A stretch of 64,000 nt of DNA from Marsupella aquatica (taxonomy: Eukaryota > Plantae > Marchantiophyta). The notes beneath the pieces were generated by a model. That model made no database searches. It was not told where the DNA came from and was given only the letters and a program-made list of their open reading frames with translations. Location of the stretch: contig OZ316897.1 in assembly GCA_973895155.1 (NCBI GenBank), positions 9,013,832 to 9,077,831 of the forward strand, in the 5' to 3' direction. Shown here piece after piece: positions 11,801 through 25,865 of the stretch (its first letter is position 1; every line of letters begins with the position of its first letter). Made by a program: the position numbers and the translations under genes.

Positions 11801-14800
11801 GTTGTTTGGATGGATGCAGTGCCTTTGCTAAGCTGGTCCCTCATATGCTCAACAATGATTCTGAGCCAGTTGCCACTGTTGATGACATCGCCCAACATCT
11901 TGTATGATTCTTCCTCTTGCTCTAATTCCAGCCTGGCCTGGATTTTCCTGACTTCGCACCAACCCTACCACCCCCCCCCACTCTTCTCCAAACTAACTCC
12001 CGAAACCCCCTTTCCAACTTTACCCCTCTACCCCGTACGATGATTATGATATTCCTTAGAAACTGTTTGACATGGGAACTCTTCACATGCTTTCGAAGCT
12101 TGGTGCTGCCATTCAATAATTTTCAGTATATGGCAGATGACATTGACCATTGTTGCAGAGTGCTGTCTTTGAAGAGGCTAAAGAATTGCGGTTTCCATTA
12201 CCTCTAACGTCAGCAGCTTATCAACAAGTTCTCCTTGGTAACTCTCCCTGCTGGTACATCAGTCACGACATAGTTTTCAGTCACAAATAATTTTGGTGTT
12301 ATGTTGGTCCTCAAGAGGATTCTCTCTTTCCAGCGCCTTTGATAATCAGTCCTTACTCTCACTAAGCATCATAGGAGAATGAGTTCGTTATCTGAATGGA
12401 GGTCGAAATTCGTGTTTCAGTTCAAGTTCAATTCATGAATTGGTTTGAAGCTTTCATGGCAGCAGTCACCTCTCCTCTACTGCAAGTTAGCGTTTGCTAC
12501 ACATTCTCATAACAAGGTTCCATATCGTCAGGCGGGCTGAGCACAGCCCTAGCAAAGCTGCTGAGAGGATTAAAGGACTTACAGCTTTCCTTTAAGAACT
12601 TTGGAGACGCGTTGATCCTTAGCGTAGTTCACACTTTTTCTTGCTAGTCATCGCTTACATTGATTTCCTGATTTGTCGTCGACACTGTGGTCTGCTCTGC
12701 TCTCAGAAGAACTTTATTTAGAGAGAGAAGATATCACTAATGAAATATACAAACTTGGACTATTTCTCCTCCTAACGATTTAATTTACAACGACCAAGAA
12801 TGTTAAGTAGGAATGCCTGATCTGTGTACCAGATTATTCTATAGAGAGGAGGGATGATGATACAAAAACCAGCCTAGAATATCTGTGGGTAAGAGATGTG
12901 ACATCTGGATATGGAGTTTGATCGCGCGAACATTTGCATGCAGGATGTTCATCTGGCTATGGTGAAGAAGACTGTGCTTCCGTGTTCAAGGTTGAGACTG
13001 AAGCTTGTCCTACTTCTTGTCATTGAGAAGTACTGCTGTATGTAGCTGTTTTGATTTCTTCACTGTTAGATAAAGTCCCTGAATGTCCTTCGCCCTGGCC
13101 TTTAGAAATGCATGCTGGTGATGTAGTCATAATGATGGCTGACTTTGAATCAGGCATCTCATCAAAACCGGTTCTTGAGCATGACATGGTGATACTCAAT
13201 GTTTCTGAACAGATCTGGGACCAGAAAAGAAATCTCAAAAAGAACCCTCCCGCGGTTCTCAAACGTTCGATGTCTGTTGATGAACTATCAAAAGAGGCTT
13301 CAAAGCTAGATCGTGTTGCTTTTATTGGACTTGGGGCAATGGGTTTCGGCATGGCGACAAATCTTGTGAAAAACGGTTTTACTGTCCAAGGGTTTGATGT
13401 AAGTAAGGAACTGCCTTTGCATGCTGATTTCTTTAACCGTGCTGTGTTCAATTTAGATCCTCCAGTGGATTTCTCCCAAACAAGAGACGCTGCCCTTGCA
13501 AAGCGATTTGAAATGGACGTACATTTGTCGCCACTTTTCCCCGGAGGTGTCTTGTGTTTGACTAGCTTCAATAGCAATATCGCGGTTCTTTGGTTACCAA
13601 TCCTTTAAAACTTCAGTGCCTGAAAAGGGACAGTTTAAGACCAGATATGTTCCCTCTTGATATTTGGACCGAGAAATATGATAATAAGTCTGGACTGAAG
13701 TCCAGAGTTCTTGTCCATGGTAGTTGTTTTTTATTGTGTGTTTATCTTGTTTCTTTTTGCTTCTCTTTCATGGAGGGCTTGTGTTTGATCACTTTCCATT
13801 CCTTGCAAAATCTGTTTTGGGTATTAAAATGTAATTCATACAGTATTCAAGCAAAATTTGGTGAGTCAAATCTTTTCTACTGAGAATTCGTAAGTATTAA
13901 GATTGCTTGTACCTGCAAGTTGCCCAAATGAGTCATGAGGATTAAGTAGAAATATTAAGAGGTATGGGTTGTTTGTTGGTAACTATTCAACTACAGGTAT
14001 ATGAACCTGCAATGCAACGCTTTGTCAAAGCGGGTGGGAAATCAAGTCAGAGTCCAGAGGAAGCCGTGAAAGGTAACAGTCCCTTTCAGGTGTGCCTGCA
14101 TTAGTTACTGTCTGCTTATGTACGGAATGTTAAGCGGTAACTATATGTATCAACAGTGACGTAGTTTAGTGTGAAAAACTCTCTATGAAAACGTTCTTGA
14201 CCCCTTGAATAGTACATCGTAATTTGTTCTTATTCTGAACTGGAGGCAGCCTCCTTTGTTTTGAGATACCTTAGTGGCTTTCCTGGCTAGAAAAAGTACA
14301 GTCCTGAGTGAGGATGACTGAAATTGAAAAATATACAAGAGTCGTTTTCCTGTGCACTATATTGAACAATTAAGATTACACTGACAATACTGCTGTTGAA
14401 TTTCTATAGCTGAACTACCTTGTGATACTTCTGTGTTTCTAAAGCTTAGAACTCTACATTTGCAATCAACAGGTGTGGAGGTAGTAATCGTAATGGTGAC
14501 TAATGAAAACCAAGCAGAGAGTGTTCTTTATGGTAACCTAGGAGCGGTGAAAGGTAATATGTCGTGCAAACATCTGCAAGTGCCTCTGTCTCTGTCTCAA
14601 GTTTTACCTTTTGCACTTGCTTCTGTTCTCGTGTGTCTTGATTTCATTCGTCGAGATGTCATCTCTACTCAATTTTATGCCGCTTCGGATATCAATTGCT
14701 GTGCTGTTTTGCAGCTTTGGTTGATGGTTCTACTGTGATACTATGCTCCACTGTATCTCCGGAGTACGTTAAGAAGCTTGAAGAGCGTCTAACTGGTAGG

Positions 14801-17800
14801 CCTGGTTTATATGACCTTCCCGAGGAGTCCTCCGTTTTATTTAAGGTTGCTGTAAAGGTAGTGACAATGAGCACTCAGGTGCAAACAGCTGCAGTGCGGG
14901 ACGTTTCCTTAAAGTGATTTATTTCTGAAATCATGAAGGTTTTGAATGTAACTAACTATTGCAAGGACTGGCAGCTGAGGGACGTAATTTACGTTTAGTG
15001 GATGCTCCAGTTTCTGGAGGTGTGGCGAAAGCAGCAGACGGGACTTTGACGGTATGGTTGTCAAAACTTCGGGTTGAAGACCTCCATCATGTAGTGCCTT
15101 GTGCTTTCCCAGAATGGACCGTCCGATCTTGCTTGCAAGACTCGCAGCAAACTCTGCTTTCTTGTCCTAATGTCTTTGTTGCACCAAATTGTAATCTTCC
15201 TCGTTGGTCCTATCTAGCATATGTGAGGCTGGAACTTGGTGCTCGCTGTGTCCTTCAATTCGACACATCCTTCCTCTTCGAAGGTTGTTTGAGACTTCAT
15301 GCCACTTTCAAAGGTTGCAGGATGCAAGACTTTTCTTACCTCAATCTGTATCGGATAATGTGTACCCCGTCTTTCGACATGATGGCAGATCATGGCAGGA
15401 GCGTCATATGAAGCACTTAAACATGCAGGCAGAGCACTTTTAGGTAATCAGATAACAGAAGTAGCAAGTAGATAATAGAAGTAGTTGTGCGTAGTTCGTT
15501 TGTTGGGTTGTATGTTGAGCCTTCACCATCTACAACCAGAATCTCATTTCATTTTTCTGTTCTTGTTTCCCATCTTTTATATATCACTCACAGGATCTTT
15601 TGGATGTCGTTCCAGAAATGAGTGAGAATCTCTATATACTCGATGGAGGCGTTGGAGTTGGCAGGTTTGATGAACTGTCCACACCCATAGATGACAATTT
15701 TTAAAATCAGTTTCCTTGCGGCTGGATCACATTTATTACGAACCTACATGAGATTGAATACGTTAATGAGTACTCTGTACTTCAAAACTCGCATTCTTAT
15801 AAACATTCAGAAGTGTCTCAAACTTAAGACTGGATATAAACAATATAACTTGTACGCTACGTGTATAGATTAACGGGGTGAAAATATTTCTGTATTTTGT
15901 CAGTCATGTGATTGAATCCCACACTTTTTGAATGACGTTGAGCCTTTCCGTTCACTTGATCCGGCAGTTCTGGTTTAGACTATCTCTCATTTTGCTAAGA
16001 AAGTTCCATAGCCTGAATACTAGCTATTATAATTTTGAAAATCATCACTAATGCTCCTATTTGGTGTTTACAGCTCTGTGAAGATGGTGAATCAGCTTCT
16101 TGCTGGAGTCCACATTGCTGCTTCTGCAGAAGCAATGGCACTAGGTGCACGCCTGGGACTGGAAACGCGTTCCCTGTATGAGTTTATAATGAACTCTGAT
16201 GGAAGCTCCTGGTTCGTCCTGCACCCAAGCTTTGTTTCGTTCTGGTTTGTGCATATTGCTTCATATCCTTCATGTTTGGGATTGTCTAGTGTCCGTGGGC
16301 CATGAGGGTAAATTTCTAGAATGTTCCAAATGTAGATTTCCTGATATTCTTGATGCTAAATTCCGAGTCTTGGTAGAGTGGAGAAAAGCTTGCCAGTAGC
16401 GTTCGGATTGCCATCGATTAGAAGTGTTACAGTTCATTTAAGTTCTCTTGCTCGGGAAAATGGTGAGGCTCGCCTATTCCTTTCCTTCGGCGCCAAAGAA
16501 CTCCCTTTAAGCTTTTGATGTATATACATGCTGTGAAGTTATTCTCTAACTCAGTTAGAACGTAAGTTTACTTCAAACCTCTTTAGAATTTTCTGTGGCT
16601 GATTGTGATTTTTCAGGATGTTTGGTAATCGAGTGCCACATATGTTAGACTCTGACTATACACCAAAGTCAGCGTTAGACATTTTTGTGAAGGACCTGGT
16701 GGGTTTACTGGCTGTGCTAAAAGTCTCATGAGCAAATTTTTCTGTAGCATTGTACATCTCTTTCCAAAGCTCGGTCCAATCAATGGTATATTGTAGTCTA
16801 CAAGTTTGATGCATCCCTGACTGATACTAGGAATTTTCAGGGGATTGTTTTTGCTGAGGGTAAAAGACAAAAGGTTCCGCTTCCGCTGGCATCAAATGCT
16901 TATCAACAATTTTTGCTTGGTATGGATTCTGACTGGCTGTGAATAATGCAAGTTACATTTCATTTATGTATTCTTCCTCTAACTGTAACTAGACTTGGAA
17001 TCTTCATTTTTAGTTAAGAGCCTTCTAGTGCGGCTTATGTGGTATACCATTTAAAGTTTAAATTTTTAATCAAGAGTACGTGATAGTGAGCACGACGATG
17101 CTCCTACATTTTGGAATTCCTCAGCTAAACTCTCTAGTCTCGAAAAGTGGCTTGCCCTGATTCTTACCTTACTTTCAGACATATTCTGGAGAGATGGTAG
17201 ATCTTCCATATCTGGTGGTTTGGGAATTTTTTTGGTTTTCATCTCTTCTAATGTTCTTTTTTGATGGCTTCCTTCGTGAAATGCATGGCCATTTTCTGAT
17301 CTCGACCTTGAAGTTTTGCTATGTGTGTAGGGTCCACATCAGGATTAGGTCGAGAAGATGATTCAGCCGTGGTGAAGGTTGATACTCTTGTCCTTTCTTT
17401 ATCTCGTCAGCAAGAAATAAATGAGAAGCAAGCTGCTAATCTGGATTAGTTGAAGTATAGGAAGTTGGGATTATTTCCAAGGTCTTTTAGAAAACTCTTT
17501 GTCCCGTATGATGTCGCATCTCGGTGGACTGGTAATGAATGGTAATTGATAATAGTAAAACCTTAGAGTGTGGAAGGGTACATCATAATTTTTCATAAAT
17601 TCTGCTTTCAGCTTTTCGAAAAGCTGACAAATGTCAGCGTGGGAGCGAAACCGTTGGCTGCCACTCATTCAAGCAAGTCATCAAAAGGATTGGTTGAGGC
17701 TAAACATCAAAGTTTATCAAAAGACATCACCCTGAATTCTCTTCCTTCAGAGTGGCCAGAAGATCCACTGGTAGAAATCCATCTTGCTGAAAAGGAAGGC

Positions 17801-20800
17801 AACACAAAGGCTCTCATTGTGCTAGATGATGATGCAACAGGCACACAAACCGTGAATGGAGTTACGGTCCTTACTGACTGGTGAGTTAAAATCAACGTCA
17901 TGACTTAAGTACAACGAACAATCAAAATCAATATTGCACCTTGCGTCCCTAATTCTGGTTACTAACACAGTGACTCATTACTTTTCGTAGTCACATCGAC
18001 AATATTTCAGAGGTAGTTTCAACCTTTCAGAATACTGAGTTGTTTACCCAATTTTGGTACTTCTGCAGGGAAATTGATGCCATTACTGAAGAACTCAGAA
18101 AGTCTCCAGACTGTTTATTTATTCTTACCAATTCCCGAGCCTTCAGTGTTGAAGAGGTACGCTCAAGCTAAGATTTCCTTTTTCTTTCGCAGCTGGTCAC
18201 ATTTTATCAGGGTGGCTACCGTCGTCATCTTCTAGACTCAGGGTCTCAAAAGTCTGATATTCTTATGAGTTCATAATCCTGCCGTTTCTCTGTAACTAAC
18301 CTGTTATACTATCAGCCAAGCAATTGTAACCCCTTCATGCGAAAGCAATCATTTTGAAATCCCTTTGCCGAGCTGTTACTGAAGAGAAGTTTAGGTTTGT
18401 TTCTGGCAAAATAGAAGTCATGCCAGTGACTGAAAATAAAAATCCAATTGCTGGACTTCTGATGATTTACATGTATTGGTCTACGTATTAGTTTGAATCG
18501 AATCAATTGTGCATCAAATCAGGCGTGCCGGTCTATGAGTGTAGCATGTACCTGAAGAGACTGTAACCCAATATGTCGTGATACACAGGCAACAAATTTA
18601 ACGAAGGAAATCTGCAAGAATGTCATGGCTGCGGCGGCAGCAGCTGGGAATGTTGGCTATACAATTGTTCTTCGTGGTGATTCCACTCTTCGAGGTCACT
18701 TCCCTGAGGTAGTCTTCCCATTTTTATGCTTTACTTTTGTTAGTAAGTTCTGGAACTGTTCTTCTCTGATTTGTTTTTAGTTAACAAAATGGAGTACGAT
18801 TCGCCATCCCCATTATGTTCATTGAGTACCAAACAGCAAGAGGAAACGTCTCTCCATTCGAAAGACAAGGACTGTTCTGGGCCCATTCCCTGCATGCCAT
18901 AATTGTGCAAATGATTATGATGATGACATAATGAGAGAATCTCTTTGACGATTGATCTTGATCTCATTGACAATCTTCGTAGGAGACAGATGCTGCAACT
19001 AGCGTCCTAGGAGAGACTGATGCATGGATTATTTGCCCTTTCTTTTTACAAGGTGGTCGATATACCATCCATGACATCCACTATGTAGCAGATGGGAACA
19101 GGCAAGTGCTCCATCTTCTCTCCTTACCTTTGAACTTTCACAGGAACCAGACCTTTGGGGCTACAGTAATTTGCAATTCTTCCGATTTGCGTTATTCGCT
19201 TCTTGTTAAAATTATGTGAAAAACTTCCTTTCAGCGTGCGATCATATATTTAGGAAACTCACGGCAGAACATGAAATTACTTCTACTATCAATAGATTGA
19301 CGAAAGTCATTGCAATTGTATAGCATACAAATCCTGCTTGTATATCATGGTAAAGAAACTTAAACAAGCCCAGGAGTTCTACGAATGCAATCGCACTGTC
19401 CGTAGTAGTGGTCAATTGTGCAACATGCACTGCTGATAGATCATGTAAATAAACTTTAACAAGCCAGGAGTGTTACGCATGCATTCGTACTGTCCATAGT
19501 AGTGGTTTCTGAGATCAACTTCACATTTAACGGTCCATTGCAGTGAGGGTATGTTGTTAACTGACAGTGGAGTAGCCAACGACGTGATCAGTGTCCTGAC
19601 AATGCTTGTTTCTGATCAATCAGCGTCACTTGTCTGAGAATTTTTCTTCTTTGCAGGTTGGATCCAGCTGGTAATACAGAATTTGCTCGGGATGCTGTCT
19701 TTGGCTACAGATCATCCAACCTTCGTGAGGTAGGTGTGCAATGTGTAAGCGTTCAGTAAGGAAATAAATATGTCAACACAGATGTCACTAACTTGCCAGC
19801 CAATCTTTCTTCTCTTAAAAAAATTTAACTCGCTTATCAGCCTTGGGAAATTTTGATGACTTTTTGCAGTGGGTGGAAGAAAAAATGAAAGGCAGAGTGG
19901 CAGCAACCGATGTTGCTTCAGTATCTATTGACACAATCAGAAAAGGAGGACCAGAAGCTGTTTGTGAACAGCTCTGTGGGCTAAGGAAGGTAACTTTCAC
20001 TCGTGTCTTATAAAACAATCAAGTGCCTTGACAACAGCAACAATAACAACCAAAACGAAACGCAGAGTAGTCAGAAGCATTTAGTTCTCTTCGCCAGATT
20101 GTTTGTGAGAAGTTTTGTGGAAGTTACTCAGTAGTGCTAGTTATGCAGGGCACAATCTGCGTTGTCAATGCTGCCAGTGAAAGGGACGTTCAAGTTTTTG
20201 CAGCAGGCATGATTCGTGTAAGATATGGACAGCCCTTTTTATCACTTCCAATCATAATGATGCCTTGGCTGATCCAAACGTTTTGTTTCTGGGATCGACA
20301 TGTTAGCTCTCAGGTTTGGCTTTCATCATTGTGGGCGGTCAAACTTGTCCTGACACTTTTCATCTGCTAACTATCGAATGCAGGCCGAGGCAAAAGGAAA
20401 GAGTTTTCTGTGCCGTACAGCAGCTGAGTTTGTGTCTGCCCGTGTTGGTCTGAAACCAAAACTACCAAAACCTACTGATCTGGGCCCTTTGGGTGAAAAC
20501 GGTGGCTTGATTATAGTCGGCTCATATGTGCCAAAAACTACTACTCAGGTAGATGGATCTACTGTAAGGGTTACCAAATGAGATTCTGATGTCCTCCATA
20601 GCAAATAAGTGAAATGATGAAACAGCGATTCTGAGTGAGATCAAGGAAGATGGACAACGTACCATGCAATAAGAGAAGCGCGAATTCCTGCCGCATGTGC
20701 ACAGTTGAAATAATTATCATTGAGGGACAGCAACCATTCGTGGCTAGAAACTACAGTGCTTTAGATGGAACGCGAACAATTCATTTTAACAGATATCCTG

Positions 20801-23800
20801 CAACTTCCATAACGGTCATTGCTGCTTGTATATTACCCAGATTGAGGAGGTGAAGGCAAGGCTAGGAAAACAGCTGGAGTGGATCACAGTAAGTCCATGT
20901 CTTTTCTTGTTTCAAGTATCTGTCGTTCATGGAATTTCGATAGAGGCGATGGTACCAGCACAGTTCCTGTACAGTAGATGCTTCTAGCTGTCATTCACAC
21001 ATTTACTCTCTACGGATCCTAATTTATCAAGTGTGTAATGCTGTGATCTACTTTGGGATTAAAGTGAAAGGAAATTCTGTCCCTCAATTGAATGCAGGTA
21101 AGCGTTCCTGCTGTAACTTCAGAGATATCCTCAGTTCGAGAGAGTGAGATACTGCATGCTGCTACAATTGCAGATTTCTCACTCGCATCTGGGAGGGATA
21201 CCGTCATCATCACAAGTCGCCAACTACTGACTGGAGCAAGTATGGTTATCTCAATCGTCTCAAGCCTCTCTCTGCACCAATAGGTTCACCGCACCCTACT
21301 ACAACATGTCCAGATTGCGTCTTGCTTGGATTTAAATGCTGTCGTCTCGCAGACTTGTTGTATTGCTACTGAGTAATATTTATCAGTATCGCTCAACATT
21401 GACAGGTGTGTCTGAGAATATCAGAATCGGTAGCAAAACCGCTAGTGCTCTTGTTGAAATCGTGAACCGCATACAATCAAGGCCGCGATATGTACTGGCA
21501 AAGGTATGTATAATTAAAATATGGAGGTAACTTTGACACTTGCATGAGATGTTAGATTGACTTGGTTTCAACTTTGTCGTCTTCACTCTTCCATCCGAAT
21601 CTCCATTAGCACTTGACCAAGTCAGTTTTTTACTGGCCGTAGGGGGGGATCACCTCATCTGATATGGCGACCAAGCCCCTGAAGGCTCGCAAAGCTCTAG
21701 TAGTTGGGCAGGCGTTGCCTGGTGTGCCTCTATGGCAGCTAGGAGAAGGCAGTCGGTATCCAGGCCTCCCCTACATAGTGTTTCCAGGTAATGCCTTCTG
21801 ACCGCAACGTATACTCATTATAAGCTTCCCATCCATATTCATCCCTTCTGTTCTGAAAGTTGCTTTGAGGGATGCATCTATTGCGAGTTTAACTTGAAGC
21901 CCAAGAACTTCACCTTCAGGAAATGTTGGTGGTCCTGATGCCATTGCACAAGTAATTAAGAATTGGTCCAAGCCTTTGCGACAATCCACCAAAGAGCTCC
22001 TGTCAGTAAGTGCCTGCTCTGTTCATATGATATCAGTTGAATCCTCATGTGCTTCACAGACTAGGTTCGTTTTTGATTCAGGGACAAATCGAAACCATTC
22101 ATAAAGTCAATTTCTCGGTTGGCCTCCTTGCATTATGCTTTGCTACCTTAGGATTTTCTGATTTTGCAATACTTGTGGATTCAGGAAGCAAAATATGGAG
22201 GCTATGCGATTGGTGCCTTCAATGTTTACAATCTTGAAGGAGTTCAAGCTGTAGTGGCAGCTGCTGAAGCGGAGCAAAGTCCTGCTATCCTTCAGGTATT
22301 CATCCAATAATTATCAGCTTGATCGGAGTTCATCGGAGAGGATTTGATTGATTGAATTATAATCTAAGAGAGTGCGCCTATTCCAGCCTTTTGGTTGAAG
22401 GTACATCCCGGTCATCTTCAACTATAGAGAAGTTTTACACCTATTTTCTGGCCCGGTTTAGGTATCCAGTTTGAAAGTTCATAGCTCTACTCATGGCACT
22501 TGAAGAGTAAATTTCTTCGCCAACTTCGTGTTGTTTAGCCTGAAGTTTTCTTAAATAGTGTACCCTCGTGTTTATGGCTTCATTTCCAGATTCATCCAGC
22601 AGCACTGAAAAATGGAGGGGCTCCATTGGTTGCTTGTTGTGTTGCAGCTGCCAAGGCTGCTCAGGTTTGGCCCGACATTATAAAATGTGTTCATGTAGAA
22701 GAGTCATAAGGTTGTCCTTGAGTAGTAGAGCAGATTAGGAAGAATGGACAGTGAGGTGTGCAAAAAATGTAATATCCAGTTCAAGAAGCTTGTGATGTGA
22801 AATACGGGGAAGACTTACTAGTAAGTCGGAGATTGCATAAGCAATGAAGAATCATATTTGTTGTGGGTTTGTCTGTGCAATTGTCGAAAAGCAATCCCCA
22901 ATGTTGAATGTTTCTTCCCCGCAGGTTCCAATTATAGTGCACCTCGATCATGGTACCGATGAGAAAACCCTTCTTCAAGCTCTCAACATGGTAAATGGCG
23001 GATCAATGATGAGAAGCCCTACGTCATATCAATTTTAACCTGTTGGCTTCCCACTGTTGGCTTCCCACTGACTTCCAACTACGTTTTGGAAACAAATTCG
23101 AAGCAACACGAACTTTGCAATTCTTTCAATAAAGTCTTTTGTTTAGTGTCGTGCCTCTTCAGAATGTAGAGTTGTCTGATTGGACATGATCTTCCGAACC
23201 ATGTTGAACTCAGGGCTTTGATTCAGTAATGGTGGATGGCTCTAGTCTATCCGTAGCGGACAACGTCATGTTTACCCAGCGCGTTGTCAAGGCAGCGCAT
23301 TTAAAGCAAATCATCACCGAAGCAGAGCTTGGCAGGCTGTCGGGCACGGAGGATGGTCTTACAATAGAGGAGTACGAGGCACATCTCACAGATGTCCATC
23401 AGGTCAGGTCATTACAAGGGAATTTCCTTGAACGTTGTGGAAGCACACACCCGGGGCTCTTTGAGACGCAGTCCTGTCCATAATTACTTGTGAATCATTA
23501 AATAGAACATAAATCTACTAAGGTTAGCTCATCAAAGTGCTCAACTGATTCACGCTAACTCAATTGGCACAGTGACGAATAGAATTCTTTAATTGTTTAA
23601 AGAAAAAAATTGTACTTTCAGCTGCAAAATAACCCGCTGACTAGTGTTTACCTGAGTTCCTCTAACAGGCAGACGAATTCTTGAGAGAAACAGGCGTGGA
23701 TGCTCTTGCTGTTTGTGTTGGGAATGTACACGGAAAATACCCTGCAAGTGGACCGGCTCTCAATCTTGACCTTCTGCAGGTATAACGATAAGCTTCTCTG

Positions 23801-24639
23801 TTATTGAGTTTTCATAGCGGAGCATACCTTTCTTTCTGCTACCGTTTCTGAAATTCGAAACGAAATGATGGAGTTTAGTTGAGATCAATTGACTACACGG
23901 TCTGCTGACCGTCTCCAGTTTCTCGATCGCTCTTCTTCTCGAAGGAGCGCATCGTTAACAGTACATTAAAGCAGAAGAACATGCCTCTAGATTCTCTCCT
24001 TCCATTTGGAATGTCAAGTTTCGAGTCCAGTAGTCTTTACGGATTCGCATCATGAACTCCAAAGCTGTGGTTGATGGAGGACGGTTCTTTTCTGACAATC
24101 AGCATCGTCAAAACGTTTCTTCGCAGGCACTGCACCTGGTAGCCGAGAGACACGATGTCCAACTAGTTCTTCACGGAGCCTCAGGATTATCCGCTGATTT
24201 AGTGACGGTATTTATGAGCATCAAGATCTTCCCTTTCCTGTGCAATTTTTCTCCTCGGAAGTTGCTTCTGAATGACGCACACCACAACATTAAGGTGGAA
24301 GCTCACAACGAGGTGTGGTGACCCTGGATCTGTCCAGAGCGTCGTTCCCTTGTAAACCATAGAAATGTAGGAACAATAGGTACTTGAGGACGATAACCCG
24401 ATATGAAATTGTTCTTGAAATTCAACTACTCAGGACAAGTCGTCTGCATGTGCATTCAGGCTTGCATTGAGCGCGGTGTTACCAAGTTCAACGTCAACAC
24501 AGAAGTGCGAGGGGCTTACATGCAAGCGGTACAAACCCCGCATCGAGACCTGGTGGAGCTTTTGGAATCCTCCAAAAGTGCAATGCAAGGCATCGTTGTT
24601 GAGAAAATCCGCCTGTTCGGCTCCTCCGGGAAAGCGTAG
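8831..24639 (+). CDS. Multidomain ketose-bisphosphate aldolase class II family protein: 2x 3-hydroxyisobutyrate-dehydrogenase-like + DUF1537 kinase + class II aldolase (At1g18270-type), ~1386 aa, 42 exons
   Basis: Exons read by hand, phase-consistent, 4161 nt in total: 8831-8932, 9575-9650, 9979-10059, 10242-10322, 10501-10565, 10882-10936, 11121-11169, 11566-11703, 11820-11901, 12159-12237, 12944-12990, 13213-13398, 13997-14072, 14473-14553, 14715-14795, 14975-15051, 15389-15443, 15616-15664, 16074-16211, 16617-16698, 16841-16919, 17331-17377, 17612-17880, 18069-18156, 18589-18708, 18983-19101, 19657-19729, 19870-19989, 20149-20217, 20384-20548, 20841-20888, 21098-21239, 21406-21503, 21643-21787, 21920-22005, 22185-22295, 22590-22664, 22925-22990, 23214-23402, 23669-23779, 24127-24207, 24460-24639. 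Motifs FIGLGAMG, DAPVSGG, KMVNQLL; LDDDATG, RGDSTLRGH, KGGITS, FPGNVG; GAFNVYN, HLDHG, EAELG, GNVHG, LVLHGASG, KFNVNTE. Confidence 0.95.
19357..19506. repeat. Intronic direct duplication, ~56 bp x2
   Basis: AAACTTWAACAAGCC..CTGTCCRTAGTAGTGGT at ~19357 and ~19451. Confidence 0.8.
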
Positions 24640-25439
24640 GGATAAGCACGTCACGGTACGCAAACCCGAGCAGCTCTGGCACTTTATGAAGGATCCAAGG
24701 GAAACCGGAGAGTTTCATTGATGTCTAATAGCTTTTTGGGGAGATTCTCAGTAATCTCTTGATTGAGATGCTTGCTCACTCATGCAATGAAGGTACTAGC
24801 TTTAGCAGCTTATAAATGTCCACGGAACAGAAACTACCACTGTAGTCTGCACCTGTATGTATTGGTGGAAAAGGTTTAGAACTGGGAGGGAGTGACCAAC
24901 AAACAGGCTTAAAACGACACGTTGACAATTCCCTCACTCTGTGTAAAGAGTGCAAATTCAATTCCTGATCTTTGTCGAGCTATCTAGATTTGCGCACGTT
25001 CTAGACATCTATGTCGAAATTCGCTTTTACCATTGATTTCAACTCGGGAATGGGGAGCCGCCGATGCCACGGTGCTGAATTCTGAAAGATTTCTCGTGAC
25101 CTGCGGAAGAGTTACTTTTCGCAGCTGGTGACTAAACTTCGACGTCGCTGTGTCAAAGATTCCGACCAGCCACACATCTGATTCTCACATGTACAAGGAA
25201 TTCTCCCCATGGGAGTTCTTTCGTTCTTTCGCTTTGTTGGGTTGTTTCGCAGGGCCACAGCGACGACATTTCTGTGGCTCAGAACGTGAACCACCGCAGA
25301 GGGCGTTCGTAATGCTCGCCAGTGTGGAGCCCTTGTACGGCGCTTGCAGAGAAAGGGGTCACGTTCATTACGCCTCAAATTTCACTTTTGTTGGATTTGT
25401 ACCCCGAAAGCTGTGGTCATTAAAATAAATCCCTTGAAC

Positions 25440-25865
25440 TCTGCTTTCCAATAAGTATACCGTATTTTGTATCCTTTCCAATCGTAAGAGAGAACTTTGG
25501 ATCCAGTTTCACTTTTGTTGGTGTTTGCATATGTACCCGGAAAGCTGTGGTCAAGTAAATATATCCCTTCTTTTCTGCTTTCCAATGAGTCCAGTGCATT
25601 TTTTATCCTTTTCAATCGTAAAAGAGTACTTTGGATGCCGTGAATTATGTTTTCCAGTAAGTTTACAGTATTCTCTATCTTCTTCAATCCTGAGAGAAAA
25701 CTTTGGATTCCATGAATCATGGTTTCCAATAGTTTCACAGTTATAATGTTGTTTTGTATCCTTTTCAATCCTAATCCTAAGAGAGAACTACGGATCCCGT
25801 GAATTATGCTTTCCAATGTACTGTATTTTGTATCCTTTCCAATCCTAAAAGAGAACTTTGGATGA
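25440..25865. repeat. Degenerate ~70-85-bp tandem array
   Basis: Recurring TTTTGTATCCTTTYCAATC..AGAGAACTTTGGAT..GTGAATTATG units, about 5 copies. Confidence 0.8.

Noticed and set aside
13020-13577. 185-aa minus-strand ORF
   Set aside because: Antisense shadow of exon 12 of the aldolase fusion gene; no recognisable motif.
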